Notes: generated from the letters alone by a model not told the origin. Counted from the stretch's first letter, positions 13,701 through 25,925 are shown. The stretch: 64,000 nucleotides of DNA from Mobula hypostoma (GCF_963921235.1 NC_086103.1:87668001-87732000); one strand, 5' to 3'. Translations and numbers: made by a program.

Positions 13701-14490
13701 GTGCTCTTTTACAACTCTCTTAGCCCTTATACAATTATGTTGAAAAGTGGCCCTTTTTGATTTTTGCCCTGGATTTGTCGGCCTGCCACTTTTACTTTTC
13801 TCCTTACTACTTTTTGCTTCTACCCTCACTTTACACCCCTCTGTCTCTCTGCACTGGTTCCCATCCCCCTGTTGTGAACTCACCTCCTCTCGCCTAGCCT
13901 CTTTAATTTGATTCCCACACCCCAACCATTCTAGTTTAAAGTCACCTCAGTAGCTCTCGCTAATCTCCCTGCCAGGATATTGGTACCCTAGGATTCAGGT
14001 GTAACCCGTCCTTTTTGTACAGGTCACGCCTGAGCCAAAAGAGGTCCCAATGATCCAAAAACTTGAATCCCTGCCTCCTGCTCCAATCCCTCAGCCACGC
14101 ATTTATCCTCCACCTCATCGCATTCCTACTCTCACTGTTGCGTGGCACAGGCAGTAATCCCGAGATTACTACCTTTGCGGTCCTTTTTCTCAACTCCCTT
14201 CCTAGCTCCCTATATTCTCCTTTCAGGACCTCTTCCCTTTTCCTACCTATGTAATTGGTACCTATATGTACCACGACCTCTGGCTCCTCACCCTCCCACT
14301 TCAGGATATCTTGAACATGATCAGAAATATCCCGGACCCTGGCACCAGGGAGGTAAACTACCATCCGGGTCTCTGGACTGCGTCCACAGAATCGCCTATC
14401 TGACCCCCTTACTATCGAGCCCCCTATCACAACTGCCCTCCTCTTCCTTTCCCTACCCTTCTGAGCTACAGGGCCGGACTCTGTGCCTTC
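10794..14490 (-). mobile_element. Near-full-length young CR1 LINE (ORF1 SGNH-esterase domain, ORF2 APE-RT), inactive
   Basis: ORF1 13960-14430 (IGGS..LPGA..HIGTN..DGLHL); ORF2 10893-13925 in a single frame with three stops and FADD changed to FAYD; (tttctatg)n tail. Confidence 0.95.
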
Positions 14491-14603
14491 CCCCGGCCAC
14501 TGTCACAAGAGATTGGATGGACATTAAATGGTGGCATAACTAATAGTGCCATAATCCATGAAGGAATACAAAACTTTGATCAGAAGTGTGGAGAATAGAA
14601 TTG

Positions 14604-14811
14604 AGACACAAGGGGCTGCAGGTACTAGAAGACTAGAATCTGGAGACACACACACACACACACACACAGTGCTGGAGGAACTCAATGGGTCGGATAGCAT
14701 CTATGGAGGGAGATGGGCAGTCAATGTTTTGGAATGTGAAACATTGCCAGTCTGTTTCTCTTCATAGATCTAACTGATTTGCTGAGTTCCTCCAGTGCTT
14801 TGTGTGTTGCT
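14604..14811. mobile_element. Old head-to-head PLE terminal-repeat pair
   Basis: gctggaggaactca...catctatgga arm and its reverse complement tcatagatc...tgagttcctccag. Confidence 0.6.
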
Positions 14812-15149
14812 GTGGTGTAGAAAGAATGTTCTAACAAAACCCATTTTCAACCATGGTGCCTGGAATTATCTTTTAGTGACAAACATTGGGAAATAAACTC
14901 AAGCAAGTTATTTGGTGAAACTATGATAAGGCAGTACAAAGAACAATTCAATTACTCATCTGCTCAGTCATAAGAAACCTCTAAATATTTGGAAATGTTG
15001 AATTATTGGGAAGTTTGAAATTCTCTGCTATTTGCACCATGATATATAATTATCCACCATGTAAAATAACAGGAATTTTTATTTACTAATGGCACTGGAG
15101 CTGGTTCATTAAGTTTCTTGAATTCCAATCTTACATACTCCAGTCAAGC

Positions 15150-15810
15150 CACAAAAGATTGCAGATGCTGGAATCTGGAGAAACATATAAGATGCTGAAG
15201 GAACTCTATGGGGCAATCAGCATCTGTGGAGAGAATTGAACAAGTCGTTTTGTGACCCTTCACCTGGACTGAAAGATAGAGGGGAGATAGCCAGCCTAAA
15301 AAGGTGCAGAAAAAGTTTTAAGAGGTAGGAGAGGAAACGTGGGAATATCACCAGAAACTGGGAGGTGATAGATGGAAACAACAAAGGGCTGCAGATGATA
15401 GCAGAGGAGTGTGGACCATGGAATCAGGTGAGAGAGGATGGGAGGGGGGAAGAGGGGAACAATGGGGGAGAAAAACCAGCAAAAGGAATTTATGACTATG
15501 GGAAAGTGATATGTGTGATAGAGGGTAGAGAAACCAGGTGATGTGCTTGGATTGTGTGTAGGAAAAACTGGATAGATCATGAGAGAGAAAAAGGAATAGA
15601 GAGGGAGCAGTTTACTGAAATTTTAAGAATTCAATGTTCATGCTGTCAGGTTGTTAGACTAACAAGGTGGAATACGAGTTGGTGTACCTCTAGTTTCTGT
15701 TTAGCCTCATCCTGTCGGTGGAGGAGGCCAAGGATAGACAAGTCAGTATGGGAACAGAGAGAACTTGAATGACTGGCAACTAGGAGATCTGCATGGCTGT
15801 GCCTGAATGA
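15150..15810 (-). mobile_element. Old PLE 3' fragment
   Basis: Degenerate terminal repeat and endonuclease C-terminus homologous to 19528-20050. Confidence 0.65.
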
Positions 15811-16499
15811 ACTTCAATGCTAGGTGTTTTTGTCCATCTCTTCCATATTTGGTCTCCACTCACTTTTAACTCAACTGTGCCCTGTTAGTTTCTTAGAAGT
15901 TCTCTTAAAGATTAAAGATGCAATTTCCTAGTAATGCCCACTTGTTTCCTGGGCCATTCCATTTTTTATGGTTTCAAAGCAAACATTAAAGGCAATGAAG
16001 CATCTGGAAAATAATATGGAAGTTAATATGCAGAGAATATAAATTACCTACACTGGCGGACTGTAAATATGCTATGTCTTTTCCCAAGGAACTGAGTCAA
16101 TGGAATTAAATGTTACATGTGAAACAAGCATGTAACTGTTGTTAAGTAACTAATTTAGTTGTGAAAAAGAATACATTTCTAGCTAATCAGTTTTAAATAG
16201 TCTGAGACTTTCCATTTTCAGTGCCGTTCTCCTGCTGCAATCTCATAGTACTGAAATTCCAAGCTAACATCTTCAGACGCCAAAAATATTGAAATAAAAG
16301 TGGTAAACCCAGAAGACACCCAACGGGTCAGGTAGCATCTGTGAAGCGAAGAAAGGAATTTTGGCCTAAAAAGCATTAGTTTTGTTTCTCTTTGCACAGA
16401 TGGTGGGTGGTTGGTGCAGAATAAAAATCTTGGTTGAGGACCTGATCCTGTGAACTTCACAACATGGAAGACACTTCAGCTATACCAGGGTAAACTTTG

Positions 16500-16885
16500 A
16501 CTGTATGTGATCAGTTGAGTTGTGAAGAGGCCTGGGAAAGGTCAATATGGAGAAGATGCTTCCATTATTAAGAAAGTCTAGGATCTGAGGGCACAGCCTC
16601 AAAAATTTAGGGACATCTCTTTAAAACTGAGATGAGGAGGAATTTCTTCAGCCAGAAGATGGTGAATCTATGGAATTTGTTGTCACATATTTCTGCAGAG
16701 GCCAAGTCGTTGGGTGTTTTTAAGGCAACAATTGATAGGTTCTTCATATGGAAGTGCATTAAGGGTTTTTAGGAGAAGGCAGGAGAATGGGATGAGAAAA
16801 ATGAATAGACATGATTGAATGGAAGAACAGATTTGACAGGTCAGACAGCCTAATACTGCTCCTATAATCTTATGGCATTATGGTC
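16500..16885 (+). mobile_element. CR1 3' fragment
   Basis: gagatgaggaggaatttcttcagccag and 3' UTR shared with the other CR1 copies. Confidence 0.75.
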
Positions 16886-17949
16886 AATTGAGCGGGAAGA
16901 TGTAGCTAACCAAATCATTTACAATCATATGATAATGGAATAAAAAAGTTCAATGATTGCACTTCTAAACCCACATACTCTTCTCAAAAGCCAAGAAGAA
17001 TCCAGACCTGATCTTGCACTCTCTACCTGTGGAGTAGCAAGAGAGTAAAGCTCCAATCTGTCCTCCTTACGAGAAGGAATGAATAAAAAAGAGAAGGGAT
17101 AAATGAAACAACATTGCTGAAATACTAATTTCTGTTTCAAATTTAATTGAGTATCTCTCTAACTTTCTTATTCACTCCCCAACGTCCCATGCCAGATTAT
17201 TCCTCACTGTAATACATTATTCCAGTATGGATTCAGTTCACTAGCTCCAAATTTTCCCCTCCTGTTGTACATCTCTCCATTGCTGTCTAATGAGATGGGC
17301 TAACAACAAACATTCATTACAAGCCCACAGCTATCTTGACCATACTCATTCCCAGTAGCGCTACTGTAGATAGCCTTCATACCATTCTCCCAGTTCCCCT
17401 TCATCCATTGGGTTTGGTCCAATGATGTGCATTTCTTTTTAGATGCTTCCAGCATGTCTTCCTTTCTCCTCAATTATAACTTCCTCCCATCGTAGTGAAC
17501 AGAGTCCCTGGCCACATCACAGCTATTTCCATTACCTGTTTTAATTTCCTATCCTGGACAGATCAAGGACAGGATTACCCTGGTATTTGCGTTCTACCTT
17601 CTCAATCTCTGCATTTAATGGAACAGCTTTTACAATTTCCAACTCCAACAAGATTCTACTAAATATTCCTTTCCCTTTCAGCATTGTAAGGGGATCATTC
17701 CTTTCGAGACTCTGCTCTTCCAACCCCACCAACCTCAGCAACAGCAGGCAACACTGTTCTTTCACCTCTTCTCTCCCCCACCGTCCAAGTTCTTCCAGAT
17801 GAAGCAGCAATTCAATTAAACTTCCTCCAAGCATCCAGTGTTAACAATATGGTAAACACGAGGAAATCTGCAGATGCTGGAAATTCAAGCAACACGCACA
17901 AAATGCTGGTGGAACGCAGCAGGCCAGGCAGCATCTATAGGAAGAGGTG

Positions 17950-17986
17950 CAGTTGAAGTTTCGGGCCGAGACCCTTCGTCAGGACT
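17950..17986 (-). ncRNA. Minimal type I hammerhead ribozyme motif
   Basis: UAGUC CUGACGA A GGGUCUCGGCCC GAAA CUUC AACUG: core boxes intact, stems I and III altered. Confidence 0.65.
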
Positions 17987-18010
17987 AACTGAAAGAAGAG
18001 ATAGTTTAGT

Positions 18011-18048
18011 TAGTCCTGACAAAGGGTCTCGGCCCGAAACATCGACTG
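18011..18048 (+). ncRNA. Minimal type I hammerhead ribozyme motif (G8 to A)
   Basis: UAGUC CUGACAA A GGGUCUCGGCCC GAAA CAUC GACUG. Confidence 0.6.
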
Positions 18049-18584
18049 TACCTCTTCCTATAGATGCTGCCTGGCCTGCTGCGTTCACCAGCATTTTGTG
18101 TTAACAATATGGTCTTGTCTACAATGGAGTAATTAAGATAAATTGAGCTTTTGTGGAACATGTGCTCAGTGCAGATTTTTGTGAACTGCCTTTTAATTCT
18201 CTAACAGTCCTAAATTGTTATAATTCCAAAGTACACTTGGACCCAATTTCCAATTGGAAATACTGCAGCATTCTGGGTTCAATATCAAATTCTACAAATG
18301 TGGATAACTTGATTTTTCTGTTTGTATCAGAACTAGCCACATCTGCTGGAAGTTATCCATATGTGGTATTGGCTTATCTTTTTCTCCTCCATCAGCACTG
18401 CATGATCTGCTGGGCATAGAGTCAAGGAGCAGCAAACAGGCAGGGTTTTGTTAATTGGTTCTTGAGGCATTGTAAACAAGGGGCCAGATTGATGGGGACA
18501 AAGTTCAGTTTATAACTGAAATCGAGCCTGCTGATCAGAAAGCAGCCTGTATTAGCGTGTGAAATAATTTACACACCAAGACAA

Positions 18585-18750
18585 CACATTAGCATAACAA
18601 GTAGAGCTGCTGGCTCACAGATCCAGCAATCCTGACCCTTTTGTACCGTCAATGTGCAGACATTCTCCCTGTGATCACTTGGGTTTCCACTAAATGCTCT
18701 AGTTTCCTTGTAAACTAATTGGCCAACTGCAAAATAACACTATTGTATAA
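18585..18750 (+). mobile_element. V-SINE-like element, decayed
   Basis: tRNA-like head and ttctccctgtgatcacttgggtttccactaaatgctctagtttcc (V-domain-like). Confidence 0.5.
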
Positions 18751-19089
18751 CCATATAACCATATAACACTTACAGCATGGAAACAGGCCATCTCGGCCCT
18801 TATAGTCCATGCTAAACTCTTACTCTCACCTAGTCCCACCGACCTATATAACCATATAACAATGAATGGTAGAATTTACAGCAGTTGATTGAAATTTTGG
18901 GAGATTTTCTGCTGCCTCACTAAGGCAGCCAACATAATTAAAGATCCCTCCCACCCAGATATTCTCTCTTCTCTCCTGTCCCATCGGGCAGAAGGTACAA
19001 AGCCTGAAAACACATACCATCAAGTTCAAGAACAGCTTCTATCTCACATTTCTAAGACCCATGAATGGACTTCTTGAGCTCACAATTGA

Positions 19090-19516
19090 CACTTAGTGGC
19101 CACTTTATAAGGTCCAGGAGGTGTTTGATTTAATGCCTTCCTGTCTGGCCATTGTCCTCTGACCTCTCTCATTAACAACACATTTTTGCTCACCCATATT
19201 TTTGTTTTTATTTGTTTTTCAAAACATTCTCTGTAAACTCTAGAGACAGTTGTGTGTGAAAATCCCAGGAGGTCAGCAGTTTCTGAGATACTCAAACCAC
19301 TTCACCTGGCACCAACAATCATTCCAACGGTCAAAGTCATTTAGAACACATTCCCCCCCACGCCCCCCCCCGTTCTGATGCTTGGTCTGAACAACTGAAC
19401 GTCTTGACCCTGTCTGCATGCTTTTATGCATTGAGTTGCTGCCACATGATTGGCTGATTAGATATTTGCATTACCGAGCAGCATAAAGGTGTACCTAATA
19501 AAGTGACCACTGCGAA
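19090..19516 (-). mobile_element. Non-autonomous Tc1-like element
   Basis: TIRs cacttagtggccactttataagg / cctaataaagtgaccactg; HTH remnant SISETADLLGFSHTTVSRVYRE. Confidence 0.75.
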
Positions 19517-19518
19517 TA

Positions 19519-21102
19519 GCTTAACATAAAATAACCTGCAGATGCTGTTGTCAAAGGAACACTCACAATGTACTGGAGGAACTTAGCAGGTGAGTCAGAA
19601 TCAGTTGAAAAGATTAGTTGACGTTTTGGGCCGAAACCCTTCGTCAGGACTGAAGGAAGAACTTTGGGGATGGTTTGAAGAATGCTGGTAGTTGAAAAAA
19701 ACAGTAATTTGAAAGACAAAGGGGTGGGGGAGGGGAAGCAGGGAGGTGATTGGCAGGAGAACAATGCGAAGTAGAGGCGGAACTATGAGGGAGGTGATGT
19801 AAAATAGGTATAGAGGAAGGGAATTACCGGAAGTTGGAGAATTCTATGTTCATACCAAGGGGCTGGAGACCTCCTAGACGGTATATGAGGTGTTGCTCCT
19901 CCAACCTGTGTTTAGCCTCATCATGGTAGTAGAGGAGGCCATGTATGGACATATCTGAATGGGAATGGGAAGCAGAGTTGAAGTGGGTGGCTACCGGGAG
20001 ATCCTGTCTGTTGTGGCGGACAGAGTGGAGGTGCTCGATGAAGCGGTCTCCCAATCTGCGTCGGGTTTCACCGATGTAGAGGAGGCCGCACCAGGAACAC
20101 CGGATGCAATAGATGACTCCAACAGGTTCTCAAGTGAAGTGTTGCCTCACCTGGAAGGACTGTTTGGGGCCCTGAATGGTGGCAAGAGAGGAGGTGTAGG
20201 GACAGGTGTAGCACTTACGCTTACAGGGATAAGTGCCGGGTGGGAGATCCGGGGGGGATGGACGTGCGGATAAGTGAGTCGCGGAGGGATCGATCCCTGC
20301 GGAAAGCGGAGAGGGGTGGAGAGGGAAAGATGTGCTTAGTGGTGGGGTCCTGTTGAAGGTGGTGGAAGTTGCGGAGGATAATGTGCTGGATCCGGAGGCT
20401 GGTGGGGTGGTAGGTGAGGACAAGGGGAACTCTGTCCCTGTTGTGGTGGCGCGAAGATGGGTTGAGGGCCGAAGTGCGGGAAATGGAGGAGATGCGGGTG
20501 AGGGCATCATTGATCACCATAGAAGGGAAACCACGATCCTTAAAGAAAGAAGACATTTGAGATGTCCTGGAACGGAAAGCCTCATCCTGGGAGCAGATGC
20601 GGCAGAGACGGAGGAACTGGGAATAGAGAATGGCATTTTTGTATGTGGCGGGGTGGGAAGAGGTATAGTCGAGGTAGGTATGAGAGTCAGTGGCTTGTAG
20701 AAGATGTCAGTGGACAGTCTGTCTCCAGAGATGGAGACCAAGAGATTGAGAAAGGGGAGAGAAGCGTCAGAGATAGACCAAGTGAATTTGAGGGCTGGGT
20801 GGAAGTTTGAAGTAAAGTCGATGAAATTGACGAGCTCAGCATGGGTGCAGGAAGCAGCACCAATGTAGTCGTCAATGTATCGAAGGAAAAGTTGGGGAGC
20901 AGTACCATGGGAACTCGCATGGGACCCAGCTACGCCTGCCTCTTCGTTGGTTATGTGGAACAGAATGTGCTCCAAACCTATTCTGGTACTGCTCCCCAAC
21001 TTTTCCTTCGATACATTGACGACTACATTGGTGCTGCTTCCTGCACCCATGCTGAGCTCGTCAATTTCATCTGCTGAGTTCCTCCAGTGCATTGTGAGTG
21101 TT
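19519..21102 (-). mobile_element. Young 5'-truncated Penelope-like element with an inverted 5' segment
   Basis: RT C-terminus (FLRYIDD), linker and GIY-YIG endonuclease (GVIYCIRC..LLYIGET); TSD cactgcgaata at 19508-19518 and 21103-21113. Confidence 0.92.
19616..19652 (-). ncRNA. Minimal type I hammerhead ribozyme motif (G12 to A)
   Basis: CAGUC CUGACGA A GGGUUUCGGCCC AAAA CGUC AACUA in the 3' terminal repeat of the PLE. Confidence 0.6.
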
Positions 21103-21359
21103 CACTGCGAATACCTCACCATGACACGCATCTTATTGTCTGCCTACACTGCACTTTCTCTGTAACTACAACATTATATTCTGCATTCCGGTAGTGTCGT
21201 TTTCCTTTGTTCTACCTTGGTACATTGATATAATCTGTATGGATGGCATGTAAAACAAAGTTTTTCATTGTTTCTTGGTACATGTGATTCCATATTTCCA
21301 ATTACCAGAAAAAGTAGTATCACTTGGTTGATACTGGTGGGCTTAAGGACCTGGTTCTG

Positions 21360-21397
21360 CAGTTCTGATGAAGGGTCTTGCCCCGAAACATCGACCA
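21360..21397 (+). ncRNA. Minimal type I hammerhead ribozyme motif in a solo PLE terminal repeat
   Basis: CAGUU CUGAUGA A GGGUCUUGCCCC GAAA CAUC GACCA: core boxes intact. Confidence 0.6.
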
Positions 21398-21571
21398 TTT
21401 ATTCCTCTCCATAGATGCAGCCTGACCTATTGAATTCCTCTGAAATTTTGTGTGTGTTGCTCTGGTTCTGCATTGTTCGACTTCATGACTGACTTATTGA
21501 CGTGAACAGGTTTAATCAAACTTTGCCAAGTGCTTTAGCTCCAAACTGAAACCACTGCTGAATCTGTATTA

Positions 21572-21950
21572 GCACTCTGACGCTGGTGTCTGAAAAGAGG
21601 ATGCTGTCCAAGTTGCATGCCATCTTGGACAATGTCTCCCATCCACTACATAATGTACTGGGTGGGCACAGGAGTACATTCAGCCAGAGACTCATTCCAC
21701 CGAGATGCAACACCGAGCGTTATAGGAAGTCATTCCTGCCTGTGGCCATCAAACTTTACAACTCCTCCCTTGGAGGGTCAGACACCCTGAGCCAATAGGC
21801 TGGTCCTGGACTTATTTCCTGGCATAATTTACATATTACTATTTAATTATTTATGATTTTATATTGCTATATTTATACTCTATTCTTGGTTGGGGCAACT
21901 GTAAAGAAAATCAATTTCCTTCGAGATCAATAAAGTATGACTATGACTAC
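21572..21950 (+). mobile_element. Rex1/Babar-like LINE 3' end
   Basis: ILDNVSHPLH...TERYRKSFLPVAIKLYN; aataaa followed by a (tatgac)n tail. Confidence 0.7.
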
Positions 21951-22618
21951 ATACTATGCATTTCTGACATCAGACAGAATACTCTAAGGCTGATCTCAAC
22001 TTTGCATTTTACTGAAAGAATGAAACATGTTTTCTTCAATAATTCAGTTTTGGTCTCTTGGGAATCCTGCCCATTAACATACAATTGCAAGGTTCCAATC
22101 TCCATTTTGATCTGTCTATCACTGGCTGCCTACATTATTGTCATGTGACACAACGTGTGCTTGAAGAACAGCAACTCATTTCCAACTCGGCACAATTGGA
22201 AGTCAAAAATTTCAGACAACTTGCTTTTCATTTGTATCATAGTAGCCAGTTCTTCTGGAAGGTTATCCATCTGTAAATTTTAACTCAGTTTTTCTCTCTT
22301 CACTGACATTGCCTGATCTGTTAGGCATTTCCAAAATTCTCCATTTGGTTTTAGGTTTTAATAGAAGCTTAGACCTGCATTCCACAGCTTTTATGCCTCT
22401 TTGTTTGCTTTCTCTCTTTCTAACTTTCCTCATTAATCTGTCAACCAGCTAGCTACAAAAACACCAGCAGCACTAGACTCACCCATTGTTCTATACCTTC
22501 TCTCCGTAATTTACACAAAACTCACTTCTTCAGTCTCTCAGTCCTGACCCTCTCTCCACAGGTCCACAAATGTTTCAGCATGTTCTAGTTTTAATTGGAA
22601 ACTCCATTCAACAAGTAC

Positions 22619-22788
22619 CTGGTACGTTTCCAATGGTCTGTTCTCCATGTTCAAGTCCCAGACTTTGACGGTGAGGTAATCTCTTGTCATCATATATCTT
22701 CCACTGTGGCTGAACTTCACATCTGATATCGAAGAGATGATTTCAGAGAAGAATGACCGGTTGCTGGGGTCTTCTGGCTCTTCGAAAA
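22619..22788 (-). CDS. PPP2R2B: PP2A B55 subunit internal coding exon, 170 nt
   Basis: Encodes (L)[56 protein letters not shown]; acceptor cctccag, donor gtactt; phase matches both neighbours. Confidence 0.93.
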
Positions 22789-22909
22789 CTGGAGGTCATC
22801 ACAGTCGGAAGAATAAAAGTTAAATGTACACATTAGCAGTCCTTCATTGAAAGGAACAAAAGAATATTAGAAATAAGAGCAGACAATGCCTCAAAAATAA
22901 AAATTGTTT

Positions 22910-23612
22910 TGTTGCAACAACTTTGCACTCATTGTCAGTAAGACCAAGGAATTGAAGGTGGACTTCAGGAGGGGGCAGTTGGGAACACACACCAGTCCTT
23001 ATTGACAGATCAACAGTGGAAAAAGTGAGCAGCTTCAAGTTCCTGAGCGCCAGCATCTCGAGGATCTATCTTGGGCCCAACATATTGAGCAATCACAAAG
23101 AAGACATGCCAGTGAGTATATTCCATCAGGAGTTTGAGGAGATTCGGCAGACCTGAGCAGATTTCTACAGATGTATTATAGAGAGTATCCTGACCGGGTG
23201 CAACACTGCCTGGTGTGGAGGTTCCAGTGCACATGTTCAAAAGAATCTGCAGAGGGTCGTAGACTCAGCCAGCTCCATCATGGGCACTAGCCTCCCCACC
23301 ATCAAGGGCTTCCTCAAAGTAACAGAGTGGCATCATCATTAAGGATGCTCACCATCCTGTTCTCACTACTACCATCGGGGTGGCAGTACAGGAGCCTGAA
23401 GACGCACACTTAGTGTTTTAGAAGAAGCTTTTTTCCCTCTGCTATCAGATTTCTGAAAGTTCCATGAATACAATCTCACTGGTTTGCTCTCTTTTGGCAC
23501 TTATTTTTATATTTCTTATTGTAACTTATAGTAATTTTTATGTATTGCACTGCACTGCTGTCAGAAAACATCAAATTTCATGACATATGTCAGTGGTAAT
23601 AAATTCTGCTTC
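22910..23612 (+). mobile_element. Rex1/Babar-like LINE 3' fragment
   Basis: KTKEL.VDFR, SSFKFL, IESILTG remnants. Confidence 0.65.
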
Positions 23613-23844
23613 AACTGGATCCAAGTTCAAATTAAATTAATGCAGTATTTGACATGACCTGTTCTCCACTCAGCCTTATAGTGTGGGTCTTTAGAAAACG
23701 CTCCAGTATGAATTTGTGAATCCTGGGGAAGGAAGCAGCAATGACAGTTTACATGAAGAGCTGCAGCCAATGTTGGAGGGGACGCAGTCGTTGGGCTACA
23801 GCTATGGAAGAAATGGGAAGTTCAGATTCATTTCTCACAAATGC

Positions 23845-24372
23845 ATTGAATTGAATTGATTTTATTACTTACATCCTGCACATACACGAGTAAAAATCTT
23901 TACATTATGTCTCCATCTGAATGTGCAAATTATAGTAATTTGTAATAAATAGTATGTACAGTAAGATATACAACAGAACAGTCAATATAGCTTAGAAACA
24001 CAATTGTGTCAGCGTGAATTAATCAGTCTGATGGCCTGGTGGGAGAAGCTGTCCCAAAGCCTGTTGGTCCTGGCTTTTATGCTGCAGTACCGTTTCCCAG
24101 ATGGCAGCAGCTGGAACAGTTTGTGGTTGGGGTGACTCGGGTCCCCAATGATCCATCAGGCCCTTTTTACGCACCTGTCGCTGTAAATGTCCTGAATAGT
24201 GGGGAGTTCACACCCATAGAGTCCTGCGATTGAGGAAAGTACAGTTCCCATACCAGGCAGTGATACAGCCAGTCTGGATGCTCTCAGATGTACCCCTGTA
24301 GAAAGTCCTTAGGATTTGGAGCCTCATGCCGAACTTCTTCAACTATCTGAGGCGAAAGAGGTGCTGTTGTGT
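23845..24372 (-). mobile_element. Rex1/Babar-like LINE 3' fragment
   Basis: (attca)n-type tail at about 23845 and FYRGTSESIQTGCITAWYG remnant. Confidence 0.65.
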
Positions 24373-24879
24373 TGAAACACTGAAGCATTCGACAACAGTC
24401 CTTTTGCCTCCAAAACTGCTGCCTGACCTGCTGAATTGTTCCAGAGTTTTGTGTGTTGCTCCACATTTCAGCATCTGCCGTCTCTTGTGTCTCTATATAA
24501 AGAGCTTTTCAGGGTGGCCGGGTGTTAAATATCTGCATTATGTTACTGGCCCTCCTCTGAGACTGACTATTTAAATGGAAACACATTTTCTAATCTTTGT
24601 GTGGAGAAAGAACTTCCTCGTTTGCTTCCTAAATGGTCTTTATTTAAGATGATCTTTTTGTTCTTGAGGCTTGCCCCAACAGAGGACATTGCTTCTTTGT
24701 ATCTCCCTACCTCTCAATCAGTTCACACCCCTCAAATTTATACACTCACAAAAATTCAGGGCACAAAATGCAAACTGAGAATCTTGATCTGCCCTAGAAG
24801 TACTCGTTGACTTCCTGTGCTGTAACACTTAAAACTGAACACACTGGTCCTGACAAGATCTGACTGATACTGAACTTCA

Positions 24880-25655
24880 CCTCAGCAACGCATATAAAGT
24901 GCTGGAGGGACTCAGCAGGCCAGGCGGCATCTATGGAAAAAAGTACAGTCGACGTTTTGGGCCGAGACCTTTTATCAGGACAGGAGAGGAGACCGTGGAC
25001 TGACAAACTGGAATGAGAATGGGAAGTGAAATTAAAATGGGTGGCCACTGGGAGATCCCACTTCTTCTGGCAGGTGCACGGCGAAATGGTCTCCCAATCT
25101 ATGTCGGTTCTCGTTGATATACAGGAGGCCACCAGGAGCACTAGATACAGTATATGACCACAACAGATTCACAGGTGAAGTCACAAACAGGAGAGAATCG
25201 GCAGATGCTGAAAATCAAAGCCACACACTCAAAATGGAAAAAAGTAGGGTCTTCAGAAGGGTCTCTGCCCAAAGCATCGACTGTACTTTTTTTTCATAGA
25301 TGCTGCCCGGTCTGCTGAGTTCCTCCAGCATTTTTGTACAGTAGGTGACCCTAACAGACTCACAGATGAAGCGTCGCCTCACCTATAAGGACTGTTTGGG
25401 ACCCTGAACGGTAGTGAGGGCAGAGGTGTAGGGGCAGGTGTGGCTCTTGTCCCACTTGCAAGGATACATGCCAGGAGGGAGATCAGTGTGGAGGGATGGA
25501 CAAGAGAGTTGTTAAGGGAACGATCCCTGCATAAAGCAGAAAGTAATGGGGAGGGAAAGATGTGCTTGGTGGTGGGATCCCATTGGAGATGGCAGACGTT
25601 GCAGAGAATTATGTGCTGGACATGGAGGCTGGTGGAATGGTAGGGGAACCTCACT
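24880..25655 (-). mobile_element. Cluster of nested PLE fragments with degenerate hammerheads (24946-24983 minus; about 25250-25283 plus)
   Basis: DLPVATHFN and DPTTKHIFPSP..RDRSL peptides plus terminal repeats in both orientations. Confidence 0.75.
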
Positions 25656-25925
25656 TCTGCAGTTTGATAAGCCCTCATTAAAAACTGAATATGCACTTAA
25701 GCCTTGACTTGCAGGGCTATGCACCTTGAGCTGAAATTAGCCTGGGTAGTTTTTTTCCCTGATTGGCACAGACACAATGAGACTTGGGTCACTAATGATA
25801 CCATGTTTGTGATTACATTCGGGGGCCAGTTCCAACCACGAACCATGCCTGGGTATGGTCTACATTTGTATACTAATCATCCTTTCCTTCTTGTTAATTA
25901 TTCCCAGATGGTCGGTTAGTCTTAA

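Larger units (their letters stand above)
17854..18100. mobile_element. Palindromic non-coding PLE mini-element with two inverted hammerhead motifs
   Basis: Arms 17897-17990 and 18008-18100 are near-perfect reverse complements; direct repeat gtgttaacaatatggt at 17838-17853 and 18098-18113. Confidence 0.9.
17300..18330 (+). mobile_element. Highly decayed PLE fragment hosting a younger palindromic insertion
   Basis: Degenerate similarity to the PLE RT-thumb, linker and endonuclease region (gctatcttgac, ccattctcccagttc, ttccagatgaagcagc). Confidence 0.5.

Noticed and set aside
10893-13925. Active reverse transcriptase gene
   Set aside because: CR1 ORF2 with three in-frame stops and a mutated catalytic motif (FAYD).
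17854-18100. Classical DNA-transposon MITE or miRNA gene
   Set aside because: The arms are PLE terminal-repeat sequence, the left arm extends asymmetrically and the TSD is long (13-16 bp); there is no evidence for miRNA processing.
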